DNA of 64,000 nt from Chiloscyllium plagiosum (lineage: Eukaryota): assembly GCF_004010195.1 (NCBI RefSeq), contig NC_057719.1, positions 20,484,731 through 20,548,730 on the forward strand, written 5' to 3'. The notes beneath the pieces are model-generated. The model was not told the origin of the DNA and did no database searches. It saw only the letters and a program-made list of their open reading frames with translations. The position numbers and the translations under genes were made by a program. Below are positions 1-12,589 of this stretch, piece after piece (within the stretch, counting starts at the first letter, position 1; the number at the start of each line of letters is the position of its first letter).

Positions 1-53
1 ATAAATATGTCCCTCTGAGACAGGCAAGAAGTGGTAAGATAAAGGAACCTTGG

Positions 54-2690
54 ATGGCGAGAGCGGTGGAGCTTCTCATCAAAAGGAAAAAGGTAGCTTA
101 CATAAGGTGGAGGAAGCTAGGGTCAAGCTCAGCTCTACAGGATTACAGGCAGGCAAGGAAGGAGCTTAAAAATGGTCTGAGGAGAGCCAGGAGGGGACAC
201 GAGAAAGGCTTGGCAGAAAGGATTGGGGAGAACACAAAGGCATTTTACACTTATGTGAGGAATAAGAGAATGGTCAAAGAAAGAGTAGGACTGATCAGGG
301 ATAGCATAGGGAATTTGTGTGTGGAGTCTGAGGAGGTAGGGGAAGCCCTAAATGAGTTTTTTGCTTCTGTCTTTACGAAAGAAACAAACTTTGTAGTGAA
401 TGAAACCTTTAAAGAGCAGGTGTGCATGCTGAAATGGATCGAGATAGAGGAAGCTGATGGGCTGAAAATTTTGTCAAACATTAAGATTGACAAGTCTCCA
501 GGCCCGGACCAGATTTGTCTTCGGCTGCGGGAAACGAGAAATGCAATTGCTTCGCCACTTGCGAAGATCTTTTCGTCCTCGCTCTCCAGTGGAATCGTAC
601 CTGAGGACTGGAGAGAGGCAAATGTAATTCCTCTCTTCAAGAAAGGAAATAGGGAAATCCCTGTCAATTACAGACCAGTAAGTCTCACGTCTGTTGTCTG
701 CAAGGTGTTAGAAAGGATTCTGAGGGATAGGATTTATGACCATCTGGAAGATTTAATCATCTTGATTAAATGCAGTCAACACGGCTTTGTGAGGGGCAGG
801 TCATGCCTCACAAACCTTATCGAGTTCTTTGAGGATGTGACTAGAAAAGTTGATGAGGGTCAAGCTGTGGATGTGGTGTATATGGGCGTTAGCAAGGCAT
901 TTGATAAGGTTCCCCGTGGTAGGCTCATTCAGAAGGTCAGGAGGAATGGGATTCAGGGTAACATAGCTGTCTGGATACAGAATTGGCTGGCCAACAGAAG
1001 ACTGCGAGTGGTAGTAGAAGGAAAATATTCTGCCTGGAAGTCTGTGGTGAGTGGTGTTCCACAGGGCTCTGTCCGTGGGCCTCTATTGTTTGTAATTTTT
1101 ATTAATGACTTGGATGAAGGGATTGAAGGATGGGTCAGCAAGTTTGCAGACGACACAAAGGTTGGAGGTGTCGTTGACAGTATAGAGGGCTGTTGTAGGC
1201 TGCAGCGGGACATTGACAGGATGCAGAGATGGGCTGAGAGGTGGCAGATGGAGTTCAACCTGGATAAATGCGAGGTGATGCATTTTGGAAAGNNNNNNNN
1301 NNNNNNNNNNNNNNNNNNNNNNNNNNNNNNNNNNNNNNNNNNNNNNNNNNNNNNNNNNNNNNNNNNNNNNNNNNNNNNNNNNNNNNNNNNNNNNNNNNNN
1401 NNNNNNNNNNNNNNNNNNNNNNNNNNNNNNNNNNNNNNNNNNNNNNNNNNNNNNNNNNNNNNNNNNNNNNNNNNNNNNNNNNNNNNNNNNNNNNNNNNNN
1501 NNNNNNNNNNNNNNNNNNNNNNNNNNNNNNNNNNNNNNNNNNNNNNNNNNNNNNNNNNNNNNNNNNNNNNNNNNNNNNNNNNNNNNNNNNNNNNNNNNNN
1601 NNNNNNNNNNNNNNNNNNNNNNNNNNNNNNNNNNNNNNNNNNNNNNNNNNNNNNNNNNNNNNNNNNNNNNNNNNNNNNNNNNNNNNNNNNNNNNNNNNNN
1701 NNNNNNNNNNNNNNNNNNNNNNNNNNNNNNNNNNNNNNNNNNNNNNNNNNNNNNNNNNNNNNNNNNNNNNNNNNNNNNNNNNNNNNNNNNNNNNNNNNNN
1801 NNNNNNNNNNNNNNNNNNNNNNNNNNNNNNNNNNNNNNNNNNNNNNNNNNNNNNNNNNNNNNNNNNNNNNNNNNNNNNNNNNNNNNNNNNNNNNNNNNNN
1901 NNNNNNNNNNNNNNNNNNNNNNNNNNNNNNNNNNNNNNNNNNNNNNNNNNNNNNNNNNNNNNNNNNNNNNNNNNNNNNNNNNNNNNNNNNNNNNNNNNNN
2001 NNNNNNNNNNNNNNNNNNNNNNNNNNNNNNNNNNNNNNNNNNNNNNNNNNNNNNNNNNNNNNNNNNNNNNNNNNNNNNNNNNNNNNNNNNNNNNNNNNNN
2101 NNNNNNNNNNNNNNNNNNNNNNNNNNNNNNNNNNNNNNNNNNNNNNNNNNNNNNNNNNNNNNNNNNNNNNNNNNNNNNNNNNNNNNNNNNNNNNNNNNNN
2201 NNNNNNNNNNNNNNNNNNNNNNNNNNNNNNNNNNNNNNNNNNNNNNNNNAGTTGGGAGGTCATGTTGCGGCTGTACAGGACATTGGTTAGGCCACTGTTG
2301 GAATATTGCGTGCAGTTCTGGTCTCCTTCCTATCGGAAAGATGTTGTGAACCTTGAAAGGGTTCAGAAAAGATTTACAAGGATGTTGCCAGGGTTGGAGG
2401 ATCTGAGCGACAGGGAGAGGCTGAAAAGGCTGGGGCTGTTTTCCCTGGAGCGTCGGAGGCTGAGCGATGACCTTATAGAAGTTTACAAAATTATGAGGGG
2501 TATGGATAGGGTAAATAGACAAAGTCTTTTCCGTGGGGTCGGGGAATCCAGAACTAGAGGGCATAGGTTTAGGGTGAGAGGGGAAAGATATAAAAGAGAC
2601 CTAAGGGGCAACGTTTTCACGCAGAGGGTCGTGCGTGTATGGAATGAGCTGCCAGAGGATATGGTGGAGGCTGGTAATTGCAACATTTAA
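54..2690 (+). pseudogene. CR1 ORF2 reverse transcriptase, partial and interrupted by an N gap
   Basis: Stop-free from 54 to 1292 with intact FADD motif. Frameshift near 2677 at the C-terminus. Confidence 0.85.
1293..2249. other. Assembly gap (957 N)
   Basis: Run of N. Confidence 1.
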
Positions 2691-2863
2691 GAGGCATTTG
2701 GATGGGTATATGAATAGGAAGGGTTTGGAGGGATATGGGCCGGGTGCCGACAGGTGGGACTAGATTGGGTTGGGATATCTGGACGGCATGGATGGGTTGG
2801 ACCGAAGGGTCTGTTTCCATGCTGTACATCTCTATGACTCTATGGCTCATTTCACAAAGTGCT

Positions 2864-2931
2864 GATACTCCTGCTCCTCGGATGCTGCTTGACCTGCTGT
2901 GCTTTTCCAGCATCATGTTATCAATTTGACT
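2864..2931 (+). mobile_element. Penelope-like element terminal fragment (family A)
   Basis: CTCCTGCTCCTCGGATGCTGCTTGACCTGCTGTGCTTTTCCAGCA matches the termini of the GIY-YIG-bearing copies at 42.9 and 61.5 kb. Confidence 0.75.
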
Positions 2932-3234
2932 AACCATACAATCCACTCATCCGAAAAAGGGGTATTGCAAATTCCAATTTTGGAGAGTCTTCAGAAGTAC
3001 AGATCTTTGCATAAGCCTTAACTTGATAATGTGTGTTGCAATTACTTCTACCCTGTGTTCCAAAATGTTATTTTCTGCATGTGTGGGATATATTTTGTGT
3101 ATGGAGCATAATTGCAAAGCTGTTTAGTTGGCTTTTTAAAATGTTCAGCTAAATTACTGAATGCTCTATGCATTGTATATTTCTAAAAAGAGCCTTTTCT
3201 AATGCTTGACGTTTTACTTCAAATAAAAGAAATA

Positions 3235-3870
3235 TTTGTGACTGTTGGCAGCCAATCATCTCGACCTCAGGTCATCTCTACAGGAGTATCTTCGGGTAGC
3301 ATCCTGGGGCCAACCATCTTTATCTGCTTCATCAATAACTTGCCCCTCAACACAAGGTCACCAATGAAGTGCTCACCATTGATTGCGGTATTCATTAACT
3401 ATTACCAGTAATGACCATTTCCAAAAGGACTAAATGCAATCACTTCTCATTGACATTCAACCATATTTCGATTCCTTAATGCCTATTGTGGATATCACCA
3501 TTGACCTCAAGCTTCACTTGTCCAATCATCTAAAGGCTGAGGCAGATCATAGGCTGGGGATTATGTGGTGAGCAACAGCCTGTCTCCATCTAGAGCATGT
3601 CTGTATGACAACTGAATTTAATTTCCATTTACATACATAAGTACAGCTCCAAGAATACTCAAAAAGCTTGGCATCATCCAGGAAAAAGCATCCCTTTTGA
3701 CTGCACTCCAATCACTGCCTTTAAATTTTCTCTCTCCATTGCAATTACATAATGTCAGAAAAGTTTATCATCTACAAGATAAACTGCAATAACTGCAAAG
3801 CTTCTGCCAAAGTAACTTCCAAGCCTGTCACCGAGAATATAAGAGTAGCAATGCAAGGGAACGCTACCCT
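3235..3870 (+). mobile_element. Decayed LINE, second CR1/L2-group family (RT to C-terminus)
   Basis: GVSSGSILGPTIFICFINNLP resembles GVPQGSVLGP..F..FINDLP. Downstream sequence resembles 60020-60830. Confidence 0.7.
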
Positions 3871-4085
3871 ATTATATTGTTACTTGGAAAATGACAATGT
3901 ATCTTTAACATATTAAATATCATCAAGAGATAAAACTTTTCCAGTGTAAAGTCACAGCGCAATGAAGTCAGTGCACTTTGTAGCTGGACCATGGGAATGT
4001 GTAGTGTTAAAATTATGTACTGTAGTCATAACATCAGCAAACAGAGAATCCACACCATGTGCAAGTCTGAGCTCTTCATGGTGTA

Positions 4086-4303
4086 TACATGCAGTCCCAG
4101 GTTGTGAACATTTTCATTCTGGCATATGTTCGCAAGTCAATTTGTACACAAGTTGAAACACAATATAGGACAACGTAAAGGAGCCATAAGTAAGTACAGG
4201 ATATGTTCCTATGCCGGACTTTTATAATTATAGCCGTCTCCAAGATCGTGTCCATAAATACGAAGGTTTATAAGTCAGAAGTTTGTAAATCAGGGACCCT
4301 TGA
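4086..4303. mobile_element. Possible Tigger/TcMar-like MITE
   Basis: Imperfect terminal inverted repeats CAGTCCCAGGTTGTGAAC ... GTTTGTAAATCAGGGAC. Confidence 0.35.
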
Positions 4304-5114
4304 CCGATGTCACATTAACAGTGGTATTTGACCAAAGAAGGTACATCACAATCACCTACAAATTCCCTACAAGGTTGCTCAGCACCCTGACTTGAAACTA
4401 TTTCACAATCCTCCACTGGGACTGGGTAAAAAAATCTGAAGCCACGTTACACTGTTTTAAAATCACTGCTTTATGGAATACAATGGTTTATATAAGTCTT
4501 TCTCTGATGCATTCACGTGGGCAATTAGGAATAAACAAAAAAAAAAGCCTTAGGCAATCACATCCCATGAAATAAAATATTATGTCTATCATCATATATG
4601 AAAGCATTCAGTTTCCTAACTACTGGAGTGCAACTTACAGTCAACAAGGTAAATTGAGTGCTGCAAAATCAAAATCATATTATATTGTCACCAGCACACT
4701 GCAGTACACAACATTAATGCATGTCAATGCACAACTGCACAGCACTGCATTACTGGAAAATAAAGTGTCTGATATCTAAAAACAAATTTTCAGTCAAGTG
4801 ATTTGTTAAGCTTTAAGAGGAAGGTACCATTTTAGGAACCTTATACTGGTATATTCGAGGCTGCATTTTGCAAAATGACTCCAACCACTCCCCATTAAAA
4901 ATTAATTCTTGCCATTGCAAGTGCACAGTGGCAGAAGAGTATATTATTAGCAAGATTTACTGCAGCAATGCCAACGTTCATTCCAAGTACCTTCCAAGCC
5001 TGAAAACAGTTCAATGCTATTCTAGAATATTGTTGAAGGGCTGTTCAAGTAATGAGACCAGTATGAGTTTGGATTTCATTTTTTAAAAATTTCTGGCTGT
5101 TGTTGGACCAATTT

Positions 5115-5434
5115 GGGCGGCACGGTGGCACAGTGGTTAGCACTGCTGCCTCACAGCGCCAGAGACCCGGGTTCAATTCCCGCCTCAGGCGACTGACTGT
5201 GTGGAGTTTGCACGTTCTCCCCGTGTCTGCGTGGGTTTCCTCCGGGTGCTCCGGTTTCCTCCCACAGTCCAAAGATGTGCAGGTCAGGTGAATTGGCCAT
5301 GCTAAAATTGCCCGTAGTGTCAGATAATGGGTAAATGTAGGGTATGGGTGGGTCGCGCTTCGGCGGGGCGGTATGGACTTGTTGGGCCGAAGGGTCTGTT
5401 TCCATACTGTAAGTAATCTAATCTAATCTAATCT
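5115..5434 (+). mobile_element. tRNA-derived V-SINE (HE1-like)
   Basis: Box A TGGCACAGTGG 5126-5136, box B GGGTTCAATTCC 5169-5180, V-domain GGAGTTTGCACGTTCTCCCCGTGTCTGCGTGGGTTTCCTCC, CR1-like 3' end, (CTAAT)n tail. Confidence 0.92.
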
Positions 5435-6814
5435 GCGCACTTTTTAAGGCATGTATGTAGCCATCTGTCCTTTCATCTGTCCATCAAAACATTTTATAAA
5501 GCCAATAAATGTTCCATTTTCATTAGAATTCTACAATGTGAAATGTGACATTAACAACTTGTGAATTCTAGTTACCAATGAAAACATAATATTTATATCG
5601 ATGTCTGCTGATTAACATCACTAATAAGGCTTTTTTCAAAGTTGGCATCATTAATTTATTCATTCTTTTGATTATAAGAATGAAAAGCATCTTATAATTA
5701 TGCCAGTTTCAAAATATGAAAAGAAAGCATATTTGGTAAGATTTTCATTCTTGTGCCTGGAAATATGATCTAGCAACACAGTCAGATTGCAGTTCATTAA
5801 CTTACAGATTAATTTCAGATAAAGGGTTTGCTACATATTTAATACAAAAACCAAATGCAATAACACCAATGGACCAGCCTGGTATTCTTAAAAAAATTAA
5901 AAACAAACTTTATTGGTTTTGAAAATAAAAAAAAAGCAGCACACTTTACAAATATAGAGTTGAAATAATCTACTGCATCTCAGATTCTCTGGGCTCAAGG
6001 TGGGGGTGTATTCCCCCAGGCGAAGTGGGGTGATGGTGTGTCAGAATTTACCTATTCCCTTGGAGGAATATTTGGGTCATGTGGGTGGGGGAAGAGTTGG
6101 AATCATTTTTCAAACTCCAACCTCAAATGCCTTAACATTGTATAGTTCCTAAAATGTTACCTACTTCGCTGCCAGAAGATATAATCTGGCAGCCAAGAAT
6201 ACAACTAGAAAAATGGAATACAATTTAATTAGTTCATGTCAATAAAACTCATTTTTCTTGCCTCTAGGTAGGAGATTGTGGTCATGGACTGTTAATTGTT
6301 TATATCCAAGATGAAGTTGGAATATGTCGAGACTACAGCACAATGCTCAATCCAATGCACAACAGACCAATATAAAACAATAGGGCAGAATATCTTCACT
6401 TGTATTCAGATAACGTACAATATTCTGGCATGCTAGTATTTATTTGACGTGCAATTCAAATATGTGCTCATAAGAATTGACTTTGAGACTGATCATTTCA
6501 ATTCTTAAACTTGGCTACGATCCATAAAGAAACATTGCTGTCAATGCTGCCAATATCTTAACTGATGATGCCTAAAATATGAGCTGCAGGGTTTCAAGTT
6601 AGGTACAATGAGAATTCATTACAGTTCATTCGAAACCAAAAGGAGTTCCAGTTTTGTATAATTAGTGGTATTTCTAATGGACAGAAAACTAAGCTAACAG
6701 TGATAATTATAAGATGATGAGACTGATCATTTGTGTAGTTTTACCAAGTTAGGTAGCTGAACATTATCGGACCAAGAAGAGTGTCTTTGGTGGGATAGGC
6801 ACTAGTCACATATA

Positions 6815-7433
6815 GTCAAGATTAGAGTAGTGCTGGAAAAGCACAGCAGGTCAGGCAGCATTCGAGGAGCAGGAAAATCGATGTTTCGGGCAAAAGCCCT
6901 TCATCAGGAATGAGGCTGGGAGCCTCGGGGGTGGAGAGATAAATGGGAGGGGAGGTGGGGCTGGGGGGGAAGGTAGCTAAGAGTGCAATAGGTGGGATGG
7001 AGGAAGAGGTAAAGGTGACAGTCGAAGAGGAGGGTGCAGCAGATAGATGGGAAGGAAGATTGACAGGTGGGACAGGTCATGAGGATGGTGCTGAGCTGGA
7101 AGGTTGAAAGTGGGGTAAGGTGAGGTGAGGGGAAATGAGGAAACTGGTGAAGTCTATATTGATGGAGTTGGAGGGTCCTGAAGCAGAAGATGAGGCATTC
7201 TTCCTCCAGGCGTTGGGTGGTGAGGGAGTGGCGATGGAGGAGGCCCAGGACCTGCAAGTCCTCGGCAGAGTGGGAAGGGGAGTTGAAATGTTCAGCCACG
7301 GGACGGTGGGGTTGATTGGTATGGGACAAAACGTTGAATTTCCTGCTCCTCGGATGCTGCCTGACCTCCTGTGCATTTTCAGCATCACTTTAATCTTGAC
7401 TCTAATCTCCAGCATCTGCAGTACCCACTTCTG
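6815..7433. mobile_element. Penelope-like element fold-back insertion (minus-strand GIY-YIG C-terminus and terminus, then plus-strand terminus)
   Basis: Minus ORF PVAEHFNSPSHS..RLEEECLIF. Inverted terminal duplication. TSD ACTAGTCA(C/G)ATATA at 6801-6814 and 7434-7447. Confidence 0.85.
6876..6911 (-). ncRNA. Minimal hammerhead ribozyme motif (GUC mutated to AUC)
   Basis: Minus strand ATTC CTGATGA A GGGC TTTT GCCC GAAA C ATC GATT. Confidence 0.65.
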
Positions 7434-8304
7434 ACTAGTCAGATATATAAACACAAATTATCACAACAAATTTCTCTTTAATATATTTCTTTTAAATACG
7501 ATAAAATAGCATAAAAGCTTGTATAAGTAAGTTAACTTCTTAATTTTTATGTGCTTATCAAAATGAACTAATATATTGAAATTAACCTCAGTTATCTAAA
7601 TTGCAGAAACTCACTTCCAACAGGTAGATATGCGATTGATCATGAAAACAATTCTTCTACCCTCACTGTATGAATAAAGCAACATAATTATTCTATTCTA
7701 GGGTAAAATATTTAATTAGCTCAAAGCACAACATGTGTTAAAGCAATATTAATATCTCATGCAATAAAGATAATTTTTGTAAAGCAGTGTGGCATAATTT
7801 GAAAACAGTTTGATTCAATTAAATGCACCACAAAGACGAGTTTAACTAGGATTGTGAATATTTCATTTCTAGCTTAGATAAGTTCTAGACTCAGAAACAG
7901 CACTTTCCATCAAATCTACTTTTACATCTTTTCATATTTTTCCAGTGAGTGAAGAACAATTGCATAAAAACAATTGCATAAAACATCCTCACAATGGAAT
8001 ATCGTAGTTTGTTAAATTCGAATTTCAGATAACATAAAGATTTTTCTTGACATGTTCTGTTATCTTCCATGACTTAACTGAAATGCTGTTTTTAATTGGC
8101 AGAACAAGGGTATTAAATCAAGAAAACTGACAAAGACTCAATTCAGAAGTTAGAGTAGATGGATGGTTAGGTGCAAGATGATGGATCAGATTGCAAGCTT
8201 TGCCCAAAAGTAAAGCCTGCTCTGATTGAGCTTCCATGAGAGTGTCCTACCTATTGGCCAGGAGTCCAGGGTTCAAATACCATCCACTCCAGAAATGGGT
8301 AATA

Positions 8305-8636
8305 ACAAGATGATTAGGGGTTTAGATAGGGTTGACCATGAGAACCTTTTTCCACGTATGGAGTCAGCTATTACGAGGGGGCATAGCTTTAAATTAAGGG
8401 GTGGTAGGTATAGGATAGATGTTAGGGATAGGTTCTTTACTCAGCGAGTCGCGAGTTCATGGAATGCCCTGCCAGTAGCAGTGGTGGACTCTCCCTCTTT
8501 ATGGGCATTTAAGCGGGCATTGGATAGGCATATGGAGGATAGTGGGCTAGTGTAGGTTAGGTGGGCTTGGATCGGCGCAACATCGAGGGCCAAAGGGCCT
8601 GTACTGCGCTGTATTCGTCTATGTTCTATGTTCTAT
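8305..8636 (+). mobile_element. CR1 3' fragment
   Basis: KMIRGLDRVD..TRGHSFKL..FFTQRV..WNALP, (TTCTATG)n tail. Confidence 0.9.
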
Positions 8637-8754
8637 ATCTGGCCAGATTGATTAGAAAATATTCTAGATTAAAAGGATTCCAGAACTGAATAACCAACCA
8701 AACATTATAACAAACAAAAAAAATGTAGAACGGATCATTGTTTTACCTATTTTT

Positions 8755-9415
8755 TAATCATATGGTATGTGAGGACTGCCTACCCCTAGTTAGTTGTACA
8801 CTGAAAGGCTTGTTAGACCATTTCAGAAGGCCGTTAAGAGTTAGCCTTGGTTTGGAATCATCTATAAACCACACTGGATAAGTTCAGCAAACACCCTTTC
8901 CTAAAGAACATTAGCAAAGCAAGTGAGTTTCTACAACAATCAACAGTTTTACACAGTCACCATTACACTAGCTTTTATTTCCAGATATTAATGAATCCAC
9001 ATTTCATCTTCAACTGTGGTGATAATTGAACTCCATATCCCTAAAACATGTACACCTAGATCCTTCTGTATGTTCACAATTTAACAATCTGAATGACTAG
9101 GGTAGGAATAGGTCCAGTCAAGGATAGTAGGGGGAAGTTGCGTGTGGAGGCGGAAGATCCTGTCATTTATTTTATACTCCCCTCCTGCATTAGACCTTCT
9201 AAAATGCATCATCTCACATTTGTTGGATTAAATTTCATCTGCCATTTTTCTGCCTCAGTGTCCAGCATATCCATATCCTGATGTGTCTTCTGTCTTCCTC
9301 ACTATCTGCAGTTCCCCCAATCTTTGAGTTGTTCGCCAACTTAATCATCAAACTGCTGACATCCTCCTTCAAATTTAGTAGGATTATTAGTCCAATGACA
9401 CACTATCATCTCCCG
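8755..9415 (-). mobile_element. Decayed second-family SINE interrupted by CR1 fragments (about 9092-9375)
   Basis: Similar to 37950-38450 (CCTAAAGAACATTAG..). The internal piece matches CR1 ORF2 on both strands. Confidence 0.5.
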
Positions 9416-11159
9416 CAAAGTTGGAATGTAAAGTAAAATTTACATCTGAGCTGTATTTCTCCTGTGTTTGTGTGCTGAAAAAAAAGGCGCTCATTGGTTA
9501 ACCCCTTGCAGCATTACCCAAAGATGGAAGGTGTGTACATGATGTCATCAGAGGTCACCAAAGGTCGGCACCATCTCATTCTACAATAACCAAGCAGCGA
9601 TACCTCAGGAGTTGGTTCATGCTGAAACCATTACTTTTTTTCCAAATATGCCCATGGGATGTGGGCAAGGCCACACTCAAAGATTCATTGTCTGAGAGGA
9701 TAGGAGAAACTGAATCAAGTAACTTTCAAAAAAGAATTGGATAAAATATTTGAAAAAGGAAAAATAAAACATTGCCTCATCTTGGGAAAAGACCAAGAGT
9801 ATTGTAACTAATTGGATAGCTTGTTGAAACATCTGCATCAGGCACAATGGGCCAAATGACTAGCTTCTATCACAAAAACCTTATAGTTCCCATCTGAAGC
9901 ACTGGCTTTCCCTCTGAACATGTGTATTACGTGAGGTGTTTCACTTTAGAAAACACACTCAGGGAAAATGTCGTACGGTGCAGGTAGCACATTTTAAGAA
10001 ATGTGTTTGGTGATGTTACATCTATTTTTTTTCAATTGAGACCATCATGTTCAGATTTTAGACAAGTTATCTTTCAAACTAAAATAGGTTTTGTTGCTGG
10101 GAAATCAGATTTTAAAATGTTATAGTGACATGAGATGTATGGTATTGAAGTTTGTGTTTTATAATTACTGATTTGTGAATTGCCTCAACAATGACTAAGG
10201 TTTCCTCTCTCAGAGGATTGCTAGTGTTTTGGATTTTCTGCCCTAGATAACTGGCTGTTATTGAAACATTTAAGGTTGAGTTAGGTTTTTTTGATGAAGA
10301 AGTATTTTGGGGGGGACAGGCAGGAAAGGGAAGTTATTGTCCTCTTCAGGTGACACCAAATGTGGTGCTACAGTATTAATCAAGTCAACCATGATCTTAG
10401 TGAATGGCTGAGTGGGTTTCAGTTTTCCAAATATCCGAGTCCTACTCCTATTTCTGATATTATTATCAAAGGGAATAAAAACATACAATGAGCTGGGAAA
10501 TAACTAGTAAAAAGTGCTGTTCTATTTGAAAAGAATGTTTCCCACCTGAGGGCATGGTCCTTTCACTTTCTTAGGGCTTTTATCTCTTGCAAGTGATTCA
10601 TTCTATGGACAGTAGTCAACTTGGACTCTAGCTAAAGTTAGCATTAATATGTTTGTTATACATATAAATAATTTTGAGGAGAATCTAAGAAGTCTGATTA
10701 GTAAAGTTGCAAACAACACAAAGATTGGGGGAGCTGCAGACAGTGAGGAGGATTATCAGAGGATAGAATAGGATATAGATAGGCTGCAGAGCTGGGTGGA
10801 GAGACGGCAGATGGAATTTAATCTGACAAATGTAAGGTGATGCGCTTTGGAAGATCTAAAGGAGGAAGGAAGAATACAGTAAATGGCAGAGGGATCTAGG
10901 CATACAGATCGACGATTCCTTAAAGTGCCAATGGGAGTGGGTAAGGTGGTCAAGAAGGTATATGGCATGCTTGCCTTCATGGGTCAGCGCATAGAGTATA
11001 AAGATTGGCAAATCATGTTGCAGTTGTATAAAACTGTACACCACACCACCAGAGGCATAGAGTCATAGAGATGTACAGCATGGAAACAGACCCTTCGGTC
11101 CAACTTGTCCATGCTGACCAGGCTTTGGAGAAGGGAAAGAAATAGTTTACGATGATGTT

Positions 11160-11580
11160 AGGCAGAGGTGGGTACTGCAAATGCTGGGGATTAGACTCAA
11201 GATTAGAGTGGTGCTGGAAAAGCACAGCAGATCAGGCAGCATCTGAGGAGCAGGAAAATTGATATTTCAGACAAAAGCCCTGCATCAGGAGCCCTTACTA
11301 TGCTGTTGGTGCTGAGGTTGGAGAAATCTGAGTTCATCTCTTGTGGTTGGAGGGTTCCTAGGCGGAAGATGAGGCGCTCTTCCTCCAGCCGTCTGGAGAA
11401 ATCTGAGCTCATCTCTTGTGGTTGGAGGGCTCCTAGGCGGAAGATGAGGCACTCTTCCTCCAACCGTCTGGAGAAATCTGAGTTCATCCCTTGTGGTTGG
11501 AGGGTTCCTAGGCGGAAGATGAGGCGCTCTTCCTCCAGCCGTCTGGAGAAATCTGAGTTCATCCCTTGTGGTTGGAGGGT
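11160..11580 (-). mobile_element. Penelope-like element fragment with decayed HHR and tandemly amplified GIY-YIG C-terminal segment
   Basis: Terminus homologous to the 6815 and 63483 copies. TSD TGATGTT at 11153-11159 and 11581-11587. Confidence 0.8.
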
Positions 11581-11581
11581 T
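11319..11581. repeat. 75-bp tandem repeat, about 3.5 copies
   Basis: TGGAGAAATCTGAG recurs at 11319, 11394, 11469 and 11544. Confidence 0.95.
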
Positions 11582-12589
11582 GATGTTGCCTCATTTGTAG
11601 GGTATTAACTATGAGGACAGATTGGACCTACTTGGTTTGTTTTCACTTGAGCCTCAGAGGCTGAGGGGCAACCTAATAGAAGTTTATAAAATTATGAGAT
11701 ACATGGATAGAATGGATGGTTGGAACCTTTTTCCCAGGGTAGATATGTCATTTACTTGGAGATGTAGGTTTAAGGCAGAAGGGGAAAAGGTAAAGGAGAT
11801 GTGAGAGGGAAGTTTTTTACACAGAGGATGGAATGCAGTACCAGAGGAGGTGGTAGAAACAGATACAATCGCAACATTTAAAAGTCACATTGACAGATAT
11901 ATGAAAAGGCTGGGAATAGAGGAAACATATTGTGTAGAGGCAAAAGCTTATTAGTTTAGAAAGGCATCATGTGTTGGTGCAGACTTGGTGGGCTGAAGGG
12001 CCTGATTCACTACCTGATATACTGCTCTTTTTAGAACAAAGGACCATTACTTTTACAAAGAAAATCTTTGTTTCTTATGGAACAGGATTGGGATTTAAAC
12101 TTAGACCAAAGTCCTGATTGATAAATAATTAGAGTGTAGAATTTACTTGGCCCAATTTCTATATGGTCCCTTGCTGGATATGAACATGGATCATATGCAG
12201 GGTAAAGCACTGCAGTTCTCATTTTATGGCACAAAATAAAATCACATTTCTTTCTTGTGTATTTTTCTGCTTACAAACCTGACAAAATGCCATTCAAGTC
12301 ATCCTACCAGATGGCAGTTCCAATTTGCTTCTTCTGACTCTGAGCTTTAACAAGGGAAGATATTATTTCCTGATTAAGCAAAGGCACACAAGACATCACC
12401 AAAATGTTTCACACATTGCATTTGTCCGCTAGTGCTCTGTGAACTGAAAAGTTCTAATGCCTGACTTTTAACTTTATCAGAAGGCAACTAAGGGAGCATT
12501 CTTCCTCTTGTGTTATTTCTGGAGAGGATAAGATAAAAATATTTTCTCATATTTATATATCCTCAAAGTGGGCTTATTTGAGATACATT

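Larger units (their letters stand above)
1..2845 (+). mobile_element. CR1 LINE (5' end outside window), ORF2 RT region, 3' UTR and microsatellite tail
   Basis: ORF 54..2690 carries CR1 RT motifs KSPGPD, NYRPVSLTS, QHGF, SKAFDKV, GVPQGS, KFADDTK, then VRPLLEYC and GLFSLERRRL. Ends in a CTCTATGACTCTATG tail. Confidence 0.95.
10690..12030 (+). mobile_element. CR1 3' part with nested inserts (antisense CR1 tail ~11055-11121; PLE 11160-11580)
   Basis: Decayed FADDTK region, WQMEFN, GLFSLEPQRLRGNLIEVYKIM. Confidence 0.85.

Noticed and set aside
953..2564. Long ORFs of 340-493 aa in several frames
   Set aside because: Artefacts of translating through the N gap
5115..5190. tRNA gene
   Set aside because: A/B boxes are the head of a multi-copy SINE continuing into the V-domain and LINE tail
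6930..6975. G-quadruplex-like G runs
   Set aside because: Just the antisense of the PLE pyrimidine-rich tract; no independent evidence of function
11319..11581. Regularly spaced repeats resembling a CRISPR array
   Set aside because: No unique spacers; contiguous tandem units derived from a PLE in eukaryotic DNA
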